The notes under the pieces: model-generated
What the model saw: only the letters and a program-made list of their open reading frames with translations
Databases searched by the model: none
What the model was told of the DNA's origin: nothing
Source of the DNA: a virus
Length of the DNA: 64,000 nucleotides
Direction: 5' to 3' (one strand)
IMG/VR virus record: IMGVR_UViG_3300008262_000024
Location: 28,843 to 92,842 of that record
In this document: one piece after another, positions 24,301-32,784 of the stretch
Position numbering within the stretch: the stretch's first letter is position 1
Layout of the letters: every line of letters starts with the position of its first letter
Made by a program: the position numbers and the translations under genes

Positions 24301-24394
24301 TTTCAGCAGTAGGCTTTTTAGGTTTAGCACCTGTCCTTCTGTTTTGTTCAGCTTTTTTCCTAATGTTTTTCCAGAGTGAGTTTTTTTCTGCCAT
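15350..24394 (-). CDS. Cargo protein 1-like multidomain (poly)protein with three HExxH zincin domains and a C-terminal lysozyme-like domain
   Basis: Directly follows the muzzle gene. Contains HELMH, HENDH and HETAH motifs, about 20 xxGG linker motifs, a Gln/Ala-rich helical region near the C-terminus, and C-terminal ILDYES..NYGI..DYKYNTG (GH108-like). Confidence 0.75.
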   Translation of the reverse strand: MAEKNSLWKNIRKKAEQNRRTGAKPKKPTAEMLRQERKIKAKQYSDGGPVNTLEGDLISKIIMNRNRDKDFVQRAYAVGEYPESNMFVQPDVNEFGQKNSHLMAWGEDETGQAYMYPTIMNPGNEAIKVPNQYADYISSIGYKKATGIPYAHGGPTKSLVQPPVLLDDNIIYPTDNPYMPGVNKDILDSEYDSYMRWREGFINNQGMTPEEYYQTYPSRQEYDRQNFDLANFYKGVSLAQGGPTDGKDDPFKSTLNQGVTVAKPAQDWVSSWVQDPEFANRLNKNFPDHASKLSKKIYGNKEAKQRAAESNLKSINKAIPGVISDIYDTKFLYNTNPENNSQLLDLYRASYNDPEYDKFFKKTMSKNPQGFTDEQGRIVITNAANDQYGPESVSVHELMHKTGLYDNETFDRTFKGKFLTPSQDRLDKDFNRGEMYPFLMQMRFDNNFQPGEIITPERLKQIKESGYKNHLFKYYTDDEISKYLNTLASNQTQTPMQYAAQGGYVDGDKDKNKKNKNKTRVYTNPSEFKKAERAYNDSLSLYNVSNNKLKEYKDFGEEFEFEKYEGAPEMIRGDDPLMEYWHGKNGIKPFQIAYDSNHFSKVKGAAVMPIFKKPEIKPILGKPEIELLPSKPYKGEEVGPGIIATPPNVDFGKPNLDNFFEGTYEKYRRSPYEDPMYRVWISGQEQQIVPELEFKKLSDQYLLKDLEAPDPGGNLYDKPKATGGYIYSDGGDKDKSSKTTYDYFKKWYEGRAKNPKFTDVANSRLNLLNSPNQYPKVNILPSNQMTTEGLYTPSKNTIDYSDTDLNNRYYGDINTLITHENDHWLSNKAPQEFLNISSGFPEEFKNNKKWLSGKDALTQDEEIRARLSVWRQLNNIDPTKDYSPKELRSIINKNLDDENLDSNIKDIYELIKGDAEKLKFLNDSFVSNQTKSQDMLYAANGGLLGGDDDPPKRYYKRDSPEYKDYLVRLRLNQFSKLPYYQKEYLLNSDENFYNIFSNVDKLGTISDDEWNNSINVKVPNYYASPLDDGSYPNLTEDPITGAYGSPVTYSYTTEIPEHHYGETSNWSQYRYDDLDNPWNYNNLFKKYKPSKYHNQTSWEAEPLDNAYATTYLPKAPWKKNFTKEIEDDTNLIELQKYYPNLTKEELLDMVTHRRNHPTYITNRKDETNHWIEQITDVETYGIDKEHDINWHLKRGEYYPESIVNDPDQYTYPIPYWDEPAIKLATLDEIPNLQSIPFKGFESKEEPLKLSPIQLKFPSKVLLREMSPSLKKGTIDGVDRGTPELYMDDGQGWRAIDWNQYNMYKDMYPGADTEKGWIKNNQKATGGYMYDGGGPTGGNNKDGNKNNSVTLYRKKFWDPKQNKMINYVGSENNEYYMMPGDEMLQRTLPELEYIEDTGLYNPDIVGPTAPRFIPSETGWIQNPNYQPPASGRAEPTMGPIEAALFAPVAGAIASKTVPAVASTLQLPAVVGGRTIPWLTGNNILGLTGGISGANMLGSDINSGYYSSNAPWDEKLARGLETGLFLSGSPGVIGGLGMGLNTAKTGYRNYFKNNFSVNPNIPINPLQKPSLADKRNFALWQANEDAATFSQSPYNRKKLSLFRTNNEFNLSNQKARFANDPELVEPFNRFRDFENAKEPDPFKQVADNPRLYLEDKSGNISQGKYGIRDIGDKDDIIVIDPHLSPEDTYLTGIHETAHSRTLRDLSTLPTVHERKILDDAWSKGLKNQDGTYVYKNHDAAHYEAEAVQNELRMILNDKDGSRVYYPKDDEDIKNALQYLINQKHPYVQSVNDFDISKIRKSLNKIGFAGTTGVVIGTTMKQNLQPEQQSQGGYMNPYMYYAGVPMQYKRGGVLEDIGKLGLNFIASPFEQISGNNFVNFNYNNKGFANAAAVMEGVAGLGTDVAGSIFLGPAYGMGKGAIQGVTKNLGHSQEYQRGADKWANKTGQIASSAGNLTSGIISGNPQQIVSGAGQVLGTLGSEFGSKELNAAGQLVGIGSRFVNPSQGMPSTTPSVDSSINNFQNPAMYPDQMLNQGLSFAATGGNINNNSLNLQNSMRDKYKNYRTRYSKGGTTLEKYGINLIPKSSGLHHENAYGGVPIGPNAMAEGGEYVLDDSYVVSDEVNGQNTQTDEFGRTMAENLKKRLDKYTLRDLSKYKDNLRRPMDPLVEETIEQIKQRAIKETELARAEAKAKEEQRQAMVNGALQYAAAGGKLNKDITKIVEEEYAAAYGGYINPKKYKGLNMPGYSKGGKLPKEILRARVESHMSPQEADAYVNQYGEGGGIHIKESKRGTFTAAATKHGKSVQEFARQVLANKENYSSAMVKKANFARNAASWKHAHGGPMVSNVAQPFQVAAQNRGGMMMAQGGNMYSNGGPPYDLPGMADMDASEYNNINNYLTNLDTPNVIDAQGNATSILDRQKNTNPNPMNNFLNTIRSYLSARDYLKQRGFRIGNRSTTNNQQPNINPINQPSPFLPEHLRPVEQIPGPYSPSRVSNTSNTSNTSGFIPPMVSANKKAGPESIDLETFEFDKSGNIINNSSAEPITENIDAPVNKNIPSELGQPLTGSTSMLDWGYEGVNLDGDPVSINPNMISQYEEGWRPEGASIPKVNQPNQPNQGLTGLDYASMAAQAAGPLSQLYYGLKGPDDVNYERIKADKIDPYRAIILANKQSRQAQDLAGYNLRQSAPTSGSYMSNMRGLGLQAANQRGAQTAGIQYEADVANTQMQNQVNAQNAQIAMQEQIDRQQEKDAARTNVTEGLSGVGSSTANMIRDYRINQVNKTIANNIGTGNFKLVPDGQGGFKFVPNTEGGTFTPTPYNDPYKQNAPAANTGANTPAANANVPSANVTPADKVNNNEWINQILDYESTKGSAGGTGLENYGIKKEKWSKKYPEMWKDNKIDKDEATEFITKEYLPQVKDYPVDVQKRLVDYKYNTGRNIEDVLLLAAGFTTLNDVQTKATDEKLFKEKEAEIKALMNDPAFVQKIDKAKQDILSDYWKRKGTPDVYKNTSEGRINMWNK

Positions 24395-24396
24395 AA

Positions 24397-27300
24397 TTAT
24401 CTAGGTAGTATTTTACTTCTTAATGAGTATTCAGTCATTACATCATGTAGTCTGAATATTTTATCTCCACCATTAATAGTATGTTTAAATAGTACATCAA
24501 TATATTTATCAGACATTCTTGGTTTTATAGTTAAGTTAGGATTAGTTTCATCTCTTGGGATTTGTAATCTCCAAGATCTAATCTTCTCAGTAAAGTTAGC
24601 AATTCTTTCATTAACTATTTGATAGTCATTAGATATACCATAACTAGTAATAGTTTCATTTAATTGTTGATCTGTTGCTACATCAATAACTTCAGTATTA
24701 ATAATAAAGTTATCAAATGTCTTTACAAAGTCTGAGTTTTCATTAACTCTAAATTTAATATATGATGGGAATGTAGTTTCATAAAAAGTATTTCTTAATC
24801 CTAGATTATGTGTATATACTTCAGATGTTTGTGAAGGATTAATTGACAAAAATCTTTTTCTCATATTAAGATATAATGATGGATAAAAGTCACAGAAAGA
24901 TTCAAAAGAATCTAATAGTTCATTATATGCAATAGTATAAGAAGTTTCAAATGGTCCATCTGGAACAAAGAATGTAAAATAAACTGTATTGTATTCTGAG
25001 TTGTATCCTGATACAATACCACATCTTTGTGGTGTACCTTGCTTAGTAGGTGGTAATAGAATTTTATCTTTAGTTTTTAATTCAGTATTAACAAATGCAG
25101 TTCTAAAGAATCCACTTAAACCATTAACATCAGTAAGTGGTGATACACCTGCACCATCTTTAGACATTGAATATTTAAACAACTTATTAATAAAAGCATC
25201 ATAGTGATATATAGCAGAACCTGTAGCTTTTACAGCAAATGAATGTTTAGCTCCTGTTTCAGTAGATATATAGTCAAATCTTTGAAGTAAAGTACCTGTA
25301 CCTAATTGAGTTTGTGTAGCATCACCTTCATTAGCAAGTACTCTCTCATTAACAGATGCAACACCAAATCCATCATTTTGATAATAGTATAGTTTATCTT
25401 TAAATTGAACTAGTCTATTGATCTCACCATAGTTACCATTAACAGTAAGTGCATTGTTAATTAAGAATGATCTCCAACTATCTATTCTTTCATTATCTAA
25501 CTTAGGTTCTGTACCATATATAGTATGTGGTTCACGAACTACATTAGTTTGATTTAAGCCTTTAGATATAAATAGGTTAGTTGTATTTTGTTGAGATAGT
25601 GCATCATTATAAACATAATAACTTGGAGTTATTGTATAACTACCTTCAACAGTATCTAATCTATTAGATGCATGTTGATTACTTATATTTAATTCTGTAT
25701 TAAATGATGATTCACAAGGAAAAAATAAACCTAATCCAAATGGAGGATTACTTCCTGGATTTGGACTTATATCCCATCCACTACCTTCTTTATAATTTAT
25801 ATTACTTCTTTGCCAATCAAAATAATTAACATAAGTATCTCCACCAAATACACCATTAGTTACTAATCCACTAGGATAATTATCTTCTGATGTATTTTTA
25901 TCCCAAGGTTGAAAGTGATTAGTAAGTATATAATCATTACCATATCTATCAGATCTTAACCATCCACCATATTGACTTGTTAAATATCTTTCATATGAAG
26001 TTAAATATAATGGTAATTTTAAAGTATTACTATTATATGCTCTAGAAGTATCAGGTCCAGGTTGAATAAATGTCATTAATTCACAAGCATTACCCCATTC
26101 CATATATTCATTATTTTCAGCTTCATTCATGTTAGAAGAAGCCATATTTATAAATGGAAAATCTAAACCTGTAATACTATTAACAGGTAAAGAGCCTCCA
26201 CCTGTTGGATAATTAACATATGTTCTACCTGCTATTTCAAATTTATTTTTAGATGTAGCTGTATAATCTGAAGTTGTACCTGTACTATCTGGTACTAAAG
26301 GATTAGTTGTTTCAAGTCCATAAGTATAATTAAAATCAGCAGATGCTATATAATATAATACTGTATTTGAAGGCCATGTTGCAGAATTAAATATTTTTTG
26401 AGAATAATATGATAATTGACTAAAATCATTAGTCCTACCTATCATTCTCATATAATCATTTGATATAAAAAAACCTGATTTTCTATTTAAAAAATTAGGT
26501 GAATAAAAAGTTTGTATTCTAGCTCTTGTTCTCCAATTAGGATTACCTTGTATTGTTGAATCAAATAACCATCTATCATTTGTAGGAAGTATATCACCAC
26601 TTCTTTCATAAGGTACTATATTATATTTACCTACTGAATCTGGAGCAAATTCTACATATACAGTTGGTAATAAAACACCTGTACCTAATCTAGTACTATT
26701 ATTAATATCTCTTCTAACTCTTACATAAGACCATCCAGATATTTGATCTTTAATAGCTTGAAACTGTGGTTTACTAATGTCTAATGTAAATTTAATACCT
26801 ATTTGTTTTGTATATAAGTCACCACTTACTTGAGAATAACCTGCAGGAAAAACTATTGCTGAAGTACTGTTTACAGTAGAACCACCAGGAAGAGCTTCAA
26901 TTATTAAACCAACAGCACCTAAACCTGCAGGAAATGAAAAATAAACTTGAGTTGAATTATAAACTGATGCAGTTATATCTAAAGCATTAGGTAAAAATGA
27001 AGTATTAAATGTATCAACATAATCTGTTATATCAGACACGCTACCACTAAATAATAAAGTATTATTAAATATAGTTTGACTAAGTGAATCAGAGTAATAT
27101 GAAGGGTCTATTGTTAGAATTGCAAAATCTCTATTACCTGCATTATTATCAGTTAAACCAAAATCTCCATTACTGTCATATGCAAATGGAAACTTAATAT
27201 CACCTATCCAATTAACATAAGATGGATAACCATATATATCATAGAATACAATACCAAATCTATACACTTCACCTCTAGAATATCCTGTAAATAAAGATTC

Positions 27301-29172
27301 TACATAAGGATTTTTCATAGAATCTAATGATGTATTGTTAGATAAATAATAAGTATATGTATCTGTGAATGGTTGTGTAAAATCATTAACACCATCCATA
27401 GCAGGTCTTATATAAGGTGTTGTATTTGGTAAACCTGCAAGTTTAGCTAATTTAGTATCAACAATAAATTCATAACTTATATTTAAACCTTCACCACCTA
27501 ATGTTATACCATCAGATTTATATTTGTATTGAGAATTAGCTCCCCAGTTACCAGCAGATAATGGATTTACAGATATATCAGGATTCTCATCATTAAATGG
27601 ATTTATAACATCAAAATTATCAGGTATTAATGAATAGTCAATAGGACCTGATATATTACCTTCAATAGATATTGTATTACTATTAGCATTTATTAAAACT
27701 GATGGAGTTGATATAGTATCACTTGCATTATATAGTTTAGATATTCTTGAAGAATTAAATCTATAAGCTCTTGCATCAAATGCAGGATCAAAGTATTTAG
27801 TAATTGCATTAGCTGCAAACAATCTATTTCTTACAACATCAAGAGTTTTAAATATTTCTGGTGGTCTATTAAGATTAGCAATCTCTGTAGAATCTACAGG
27901 AATGTCATTCTCATTACCATTGTGAACTATACTTATAAATCCATCATCAGGAATAAATCTTTCATCAAAAAAGAATGCTTCTGGAAAATCTGCAATCTGA
28001 TATACTATATAACCTATTCTAATAATATCATAGTTAGTATCTAAATTAGTTAATTGAATCTTAACTGACTTTTGTGAATTAACTCCTGGTTTACTACCTG
28101 TAACTACATATTTAGAAATATCACCTGAAAATAATGATATTAAACTACTTACAGGTGAGTATGTAGATTTGGCACCTTGATTAGAATATAGTTGATAGAA
28201 GTATTGATATTTACCTGCAGGTAATGTACCACCATCTATTATTTGTTCAATAATAGGTTTTTGTGGTAAGTGTAATGGTATATAAGAAAATAATTCTTCA
28301 GGTGTTGCCCATATTTGAGGGTCTTGTATATTACAAGTTCTTAAGTTATTATACCAATCTGTCCATACTACTCTTGTAATTTCAGTACTTTCAAATCTAC
28401 ATTTTAAATGTTCACTAATAGTATAGTTTCTAGATAGATTTAATCTACCTGCATATTTTAATGTGGTTAATGGTTTTAAAAACAAACCATCTAGTTGTGA
28501 AGTAATTATATTACCAGTAGCATTATTATAAGTTACATCCCATAAAAACCCTTCAGTATCTAAAGGATCTACTGAAGATTCTCCTCCACTACAACTTATA
28601 AGTACTACATTATCATTATATACACCCCATCCTAATATAGTATGGCCAGTAATTTTATCTGTTCTTTGTATATATTCTATATTACTTGTAGTAACAGTTA
28701 TACTAGAATTAATAATATCTGATTGTGGTTTAAAATCATATAGTACTACATTATTAGAATTAAAATAAAACTTTAAATTTTCTTTACCAGAAAATATAAA
28801 TGTAGGATCTGCAAGTATATTATTTAATTCAATACTTATAAACTCATATGATTTATCTTGTATGTTATTTATAGTAAAGAAATTTTGTTCAACATAAGAA
28901 AAACCTGTTGAAGGATCAAACACTGTTCTTTGTATAAATATAAATGCTGTACCTGAGTAATTATTAATCTTGGTAAATGAATGTGTAGCTTCAATTGGAG
29001 GTAACTTAAAGTCAAACTTATTACCTCTAATGTTTTCTATAGCAAATGTTGATGAACCCTCATCAGTAATTACCCTGATGTTTTTAGCATCAAGGTAACT
29101 ATCTGGTTGAGTTTTAAGTTTTGAAAAGTCTGAATTTAATCCTTTAATCCAAGTGTTCTTACTTACTGGCAT
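24397..29172 (-). CDS. Muzzle / tail stabilization protein (P22 gp10-like)
   Basis: N-terminal GLNSD..SYLDAKNIR motif, GKYQYFYQL, RGEVYRFGIVF and GGDTY motifs; size and synteny match the crAss-like muzzle. Confidence 0.85.
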   Translation of the reverse strand: MPVSKNTWIKGLNSDFSKLKTQPDSYLDAKNIRVITDEGSSTFAIENIRGNKFDFKLPPIEATHSFTKINNYSGTAFIFIQRTVFDPSTGFSYVEQNFFTINNIQDKSYEFISIELNNILADPTFIFSGKENLKFYFNSNNVVLYDFKPQSDIINSSITVTTSNIEYIQRTDKITGHTILGWGVYNDNVVLISCSGGESSVDPLDTEGFLWDVTYNNATGNIITSQLDGLFLKPLTTLKYAGRLNLSRNYTISEHLKCRFESTEITRVVWTDWYNNLRTCNIQDPQIWATPEELFSYIPLHLPQKPIIEQIIDGGTLPAGKYQYFYQLYSNQGAKSTYSPVSSLISLFSGDISKYVVTGSKPGVNSQKSVKIQLTNLDTNYDIIRIGYIVYQIADFPEAFFFDERFIPDDGFISIVHNGNENDIPVDSTEIANLNRPPEIFKTLDVVRNRLFAANAITKYFDPAFDARAYRFNSSRISKLYNASDTISTPSVLINANSNTISIEGNISGPIDYSLIPDNFDVINPFNDENPDISVNPLSAGNWGANSQYKYKSDGITLGGEGLNISYEFIVDTKLAKLAGLPNTTPYIRPAMDGVNDFTQPFTDTYTYYLSNNTSLDSMKNPYVESLFTGYSRGEVYRFGIVFYDIYGYPSYVNWIGDIKFPFAYDSNGDFGLTDNNAGNRDFAILTIDPSYYSDSLSQTIFNNTLLFSGSVSDITDYVDTFNTSFLPNALDITASVYNSTQVYFSFPAGLGAVGLIIEALPGGSTVNSTSAIVFPAGYSQVSGDLYTKQIGIKFTLDISKPQFQAIKDQISGWSYVRVRRDINNSTRLGTGVLLPTVYVEFAPDSVGKYNIVPYERSGDILPTNDRWLFDSTIQGNPNWRTRARIQTFYSPNFLNRKSGFFISNDYMRMIGRTNDFSQLSYYSQKIFNSATWPSNTVLYYIASADFNYTYGLETTNPLVPDSTGTTSDYTATSKNKFEIAGRTYVNYPTGGGSLPVNSITGLDFPFINMASSNMNEAENNEYMEWGNACELMTFIQPGPDTSRAYNSNTLKLPLYLTSYERYLTSQYGGWLRSDRYGNDYILTNHFQPWDKNTSEDNYPSGLVTNGVFGGDTYVNYFDWQRSNINYKEGSGWDISPNPGSNPPFGLGLFFPCESSFNTELNISNQHASNRLDTVEGSYTITPSYYVYNDALSQQNTTNLFISKGLNQTNVVREPHTIYGTEPKLDNERIDSWRSFLINNALTVNGNYGEINRLVQFKDKLYYYQNDGFGVASVNERVLANEGDATQTQLGTGTLLQRFDYISTETGAKHSFAVKATGSAIYHYDAFINKLFKYSMSKDGAGVSPLTDVNGLSGFFRTAFVNTELKTKDKILLPPTKQGTPQRCGIVSGYNSEYNTVYFTFFVPDGPFETSYTIAYNELLDSFESFCDFYPSLYLNMRKRFLSINPSQTSEVYTHNLGLRNTFYETTFPSYIKFRVNENSDFVKTFDNFIINTEVIDVATDQQLNETITSYGISNDYQIVNERIANFTEKIRSWRLQIPRDETNPNLTIKPRMSDKYIDVLFKHTINGGDKIFRLHDVMTEYSLRSKILPR

Positions 29173-29183
29173 ATGTCTTCAAA

Positions 29184-30122
29184 TTAAAAATATCTATATG
29201 GGTGATTAAACATTTTTTCAGGTAACTGCATGTTTCTAAACATGTTGTTATGATTGTTATATTGAGGAATAAGTTTAAGCCACTGATTCTTGAATGATTC
29301 CATTTCATCAATAGAAGGTGTCTTAGTTTTATTAACTGCTTGAGCAACTTTCCAATCTCTTTCTCTCTCAATCATTTGGAATACTTTATCAGTAATATTA
29401 CCTTGTATAAATTGTTTAAATGCAATCTTGTAAGCAATCTCATATTGTACAGCTTGTCTCCACCACTCATCAGCAGGTATCATAGGAAATCCTTCTTCAT
29501 CAGTAGGAATTGCCAAGTATGACATTAACACTCTACCATTAGTAAAATTGGTAAATATATGATTACCACTTACTGTATAAGTATGATTAGACTTACAATA
29601 AAAGTCATAATCTGAACAATGTTGTTTAGTATGAAAAGTATCAGTAGCCCATCTCATAGGCTCTAATCTGTAATTAGGTTTAGCTAAAGAACCACCTGCA
29701 GATCTAATAATAGGTTTACCTGGATCACATCCTTCTGGTGTACACTCATCACAAGTAGTAAATGAATTACATCCACATAGTTTAAACTTTCTGTTAACTA
29801 TATCAATAGCAGATACTTCAACATATTCTGTACCTCTATCTAATGTAGATATTACCATTGATGTACAACCATCATTACCTGCCTCTACCATTCTAGCAGT
29901 TTGTACAATAGATTCTAAATCACAAGGCAATACACCTCTGGATTCTTCAATAGTTATTTCCTCAACCTTGTTTTGAAGACTAAGAGGAACTTTTAATAAA
30001 GCTAAAATACTACCTGCCCATTCAGCTGCTTCAGTAAATGATAGGCTGTAATTAAAGCCAAAATCCATGTAGACTCTTTCTACTATGGTTTTAAGACTAA
30101 CATGTTTTCCAGAGATTGCCAT
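29184..30122 (-). CDS. Tail ring / tubular protein (P22 gp4-like)
   Basis: LPCDL and YLAIPTDEEGFPMIP motifs; immediately upstream of the muzzle. Confidence 0.8.
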   Translation of the reverse strand: MAISGKHVSLKTIVERVYMDFGFNYSLSFTEAAEWAGSILALLKVPLSLQNKVEEITIEESRGVLPCDLESIVQTARMVEAGNDGCTSMVISTLDRGTEYVEVSAIDIVNRKFKLCGCNSFTTCDECTPEGCDPGKPIIRSAGGSLAKPNYRLEPMRWATDTFHTKQHCSDYDFYCKSNHTYTVSGNHIFTNFTNGRVLMSYLAIPTDEEGFPMIPADEWWRQAVQYEIAYKIAFKQFIQGNITDKVFQMIERERDWKVAQAVNKTKTPSIDEMESFKNQWLKLIPQYNNHNNMFRNMQLPEKMFNHPYRYF

Positions 30123-30130
30123 AATTTATA

Positions 30131-30409
30131 TTAGAATGAAAGATTTTCTAAACCATCAAGAATCTTATCTTCATAAGACTCCTCTTCAGTTTTAGGTTGT
30201 TGACCTTCTAATGGATTTTTCTTAGAGATGTATTTCTTACATTCACTAACATATTTTTCATCTTCACCAGATGAACCATATTTTTCCATTGTAATTACAA
30301 AACCATTTTCTACTTGTTCAACACAAACTCTTTTTGTAATACCATTAGAAGTTTCAGATTTCTCCCAACGATTATGTTTTTTATCCATTGTTGTAGCTAT
30401 TAAATGCAT
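30131..30409 (-). CDS. Hypothetical protein
   Basis: ORF fills the gap in the operon on the coding strand. Confidence 0.6.
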   Translation of the reverse strand: MHLIATTMDKKHNRWEKSETSNGITKRVCVEQVENGFVITMEKYGSSGEDEKYVSECKKYISKKNPLEGQQPKTEEESYEDKILDGLENLSF

Positions 30410-30411
30410 TG

Positions 30412-30936
30412 TTAATATTCTTTATAATCTGTTTTATAAGGATCACTCTTTAAATGATTAGCAAGTTCTCTGCACCATTTTCTTGTAGGTATAAACATTA
30501 CTAATGATTTACCTTTATATTGTGCATCATTCTTGATATATTTAAATTTCATCCTGTATTTGTTTTTACAATATATTTTAGGTTTGTTAGTTATAGTCTT
30601 TAATTCTTCAGCAGATATATCACCATATACTTTCTTCCAGTATTCTTTAGTTGCCTTCCAATCTACCTTATAACAGATTCTGTTTACAGTACCATCTTTA
30701 CTGTAAACAATTTTCTGTTTTTTCTTCTGTATTTCTAATGTTCCAAACTTATGTGGAAACTTAAGACTATATCCATTCTTAATAACCATATCCATTAGTT
30801 CATCAAAAACCTGAGTGAATACAGTATTATATTTTTCTTTGCTAATATTAGATGATGTAGAATTCTTATAATGGTTATATATATCATCATAACCAATATT
30901 TATATCAAACTTATTTTTAGAATCTTTTCTTGTCAT
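30412..30936 (-). CDS. IHF/HU-like DNA-binding protein (crAss type)
   Basis: Basic protein with LKFPHKFGTLEIQKKK and VDWKATK; conserved position between ring genes in crAss-like phages. Confidence 0.75.
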   Translation of the reverse strand: MTRKDSKNKFDINIGYDDIYNHYKNSTSSNISKEKYNTVFTQVFDELMDMVIKNGYSLKFPHKFGTLEIQKKKQKIVYSKDGTVNRICYKVDWKATKEYWKKVYGDISAEELKTITNKPKIYCKNKYRMKFKYIKNDAQYKGKSLVMFIPTRKWCRELANHLKSDPYKTDYKEY

Positions 30937-31685
30937 TCTTGTTGTCTATTGCTACCAGGATCAGTACCAGCTTGTGTAAAATTAGCTGCTACTGTTGGTA
31001 TAGCATCATCTTTAGCATTGTTATTTTCATCTCTATAAAGAGTTCTCTTAGTTCTCAATTCATTAAGAACAGCAGGTTTAACAAGTGTTTGCCACATCCA
31101 TGCATTAATAGGATAACGAGAATCCCAAGTAAAACATGGTTTACCATCACAAGTTTGATAAGTACCTGCTTCTGTAGGGTCTTCAAATACTCCTTGAATA
31201 TTTAAAGTTTCAATAAGTTTGTTGTGATTACCTTTATTATAAACAATATATAGATAATTATTTTTAATAAATGCACCTAATGATTTGGTATTATACCTAC
31301 CATTGCCATAATAAATAGCATGATCATAATCCATAAAATAAATAGGGATAGACATGAAATCGACAGGAGCAATTCTTGTAATAATTTTTTCATGGTTTAA
31401 TTCTATTGCATTAGGTATTTTAGTTGATGATCTAAGTATTTTACAATCTATAAATACATCACAACAGTTATCAGATTGTCTATTAACTAATGACATAGGT
31501 ACACAACCTAAATCTTGTATAATATTATCATCAATACTTCTGTTCTTATTATGTTCTTTTCTTATCCAATTAGCTCTCTCTTGATTAATTAAATCTTTAA
31601 TTAAACGTTTATCTAATGAAGTATCATCAGATGAAATCTGAAGGTCTTCATATATCTGATAAATCATTTGGTTTAGAGTTATCAT
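30933..31685 (-). CDS. Tail ring structural protein
   Basis: MITLNQMIY..SDD, QDLGCVPM and GVFEDP..YPI motifs typical of crAss ring proteins. Confidence 0.7.
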   Translation of the reverse strand: MITLNQMIYQIYEDLQISSDDTSLDKRLIKDLINQERANWIRKEHNKNRSIDDNIIQDLGCVPMSLVNRQSDNCCDVFIDCKILRSSTKIPNAIELNHEKIITRIAPVDFMSIPIYFMDYDHAIYYGNGRYNTKSLGAFIKNNYLYIVYNKGNHNKLIETLNIQGVFEDPTEAGTYQTCDGKPCFTWDSRYPINAWMWQTLVKPAVLNELRTKRTLYRDENNNAKDDAIPTVAANFTQAGTDPGSNRQQE

Positions 31686-31687
31686 AA

Positions 31688-32275
31688 TTATCTATTTAAT
31701 TGGTATGAAAAACCTACTACTACTGTCCTAGATAGTGGTAGATAGTTCAGCTGGTAAAGATAACCTTTTTTGTGATAAAAAGATATACCCATACCTGCAT
31801 CAAAACCATATGCTGTTGGACTAGCTAATATTAAACCACCCATTGCTAATACATTCTTATTAACCTTAACTATATTAGTTACAGTATTAGTTATTGTATC
31901 TACTTGAGTAATGGTTCTATATATTTCTTTAGGTACCTTAAGTTTGTATTTAAAATCAGAGCTTACTAATACACCATCTACTTTACTAATAAATATAGCA
32001 TCTAAACTACTGTCACTATGCTCTTGAGTATATACACTTAATACAGTATCTTGAGGATCAGGAGTTGGTTTAGGTACTTTTAAAGTAACATACTTTGTAA
32101 TAGTATCCACTTTAACCTTAGTAATAGTATCTCTGTGAGTTTTAATAACTGTTTTAGTTACTTCCCAAGGTTCTTTAGGACATGCATTGTGACATTGTTG
32201 TAATAAGAATAACATAACTAATAATACAATTATTGTTATTCTTTCAATAGTAAACCAAGATTTATTTTTACTCAT
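31688..32275 (-). CDS. Membrane-anchored lysis protein, spanin candidate
   Basis: N-terminal TM helix, DTI-rich extended region and C-terminal amphipathic beta strands ending GFSYQLNR; adjacent to an endolysin. Confidence 0.5.
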   Translation of the reverse strand: MSKNKSWFTIERITIIVLLVMLFLLQQCHNACPKEPWEVTKTVIKTHRDTITKVKVDTITKYVTLKVPKPTPDPQDTVLSVYTQEHSDSSLDAIFISKVDGVLVSSDFKYKLKVPKEIYRTITQVDTITNTVTNIVKVNKNVLAMGGLILASPTAYGFDAGMGISFYHKKGYLYQLNYLPLSRTVVVGFSYQLNR

Positions 32276-32784
32276 AGTTTCCAGGGTTTGTATAAAGTTT
32301 TTTTACCAGATTTATATGCTCTTAATACTTGCATTCTATTGTTATCATTAGAATATGATATGTGAATCCATGAAGGATTCTCATCAGAACCAAATTCTAA
32401 TATACATTGATCAAATTTAAAATCAGGATCTGCACATAAATCTTTTATTACAGATACTAAAGAACCATTAAATTCTTTACCATCTTTAATAAAGTTAATA
32501 TCTGCTGCCTGACCATAACAGTGCTGTGAAGTTTGTACAGGTTTACCATTAATAATAGTATATGCACCACCTATTTTAGCATTAAGTCTAGGACATCTAT
32601 AACCTGAAGTTACAGTAATACTAGCTTTTAATGCATCTCTAATAGGTTGTAGTACTTTTGTACACAACAAAGTTAAATTGTTTATTACCTCATCAGGAGG
32701 ATTGAATTGCTCATCAAATCCCCATCTACTTGCTGTCTGAGATTTTAACATCTCATCTAAGCTAAAGTTTCTACTAAGTTTCAT
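32272..32784 (-). CDS. Peptidase M15A family endolysin
   Basis: SGYRC, SQHCYGQAADI and WIHISY zinc-binding motifs. Confidence 0.9.
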   Translation of the reverse strand: MKLSRNFSLDEMLKSQTASRWGFDEQFNPPDEVINNLTLLCTKVLQPIRDALKASITVTSGYRCPRLNAKIGGAYTIINGKPVQTSQHCYGQAADINFIKDGKEFNGSLVSVIKDLCADPDFKFDQCILEFGSDENPSWIHISYSNDNNRMQVLRAYKSGKKTLYKPWKL

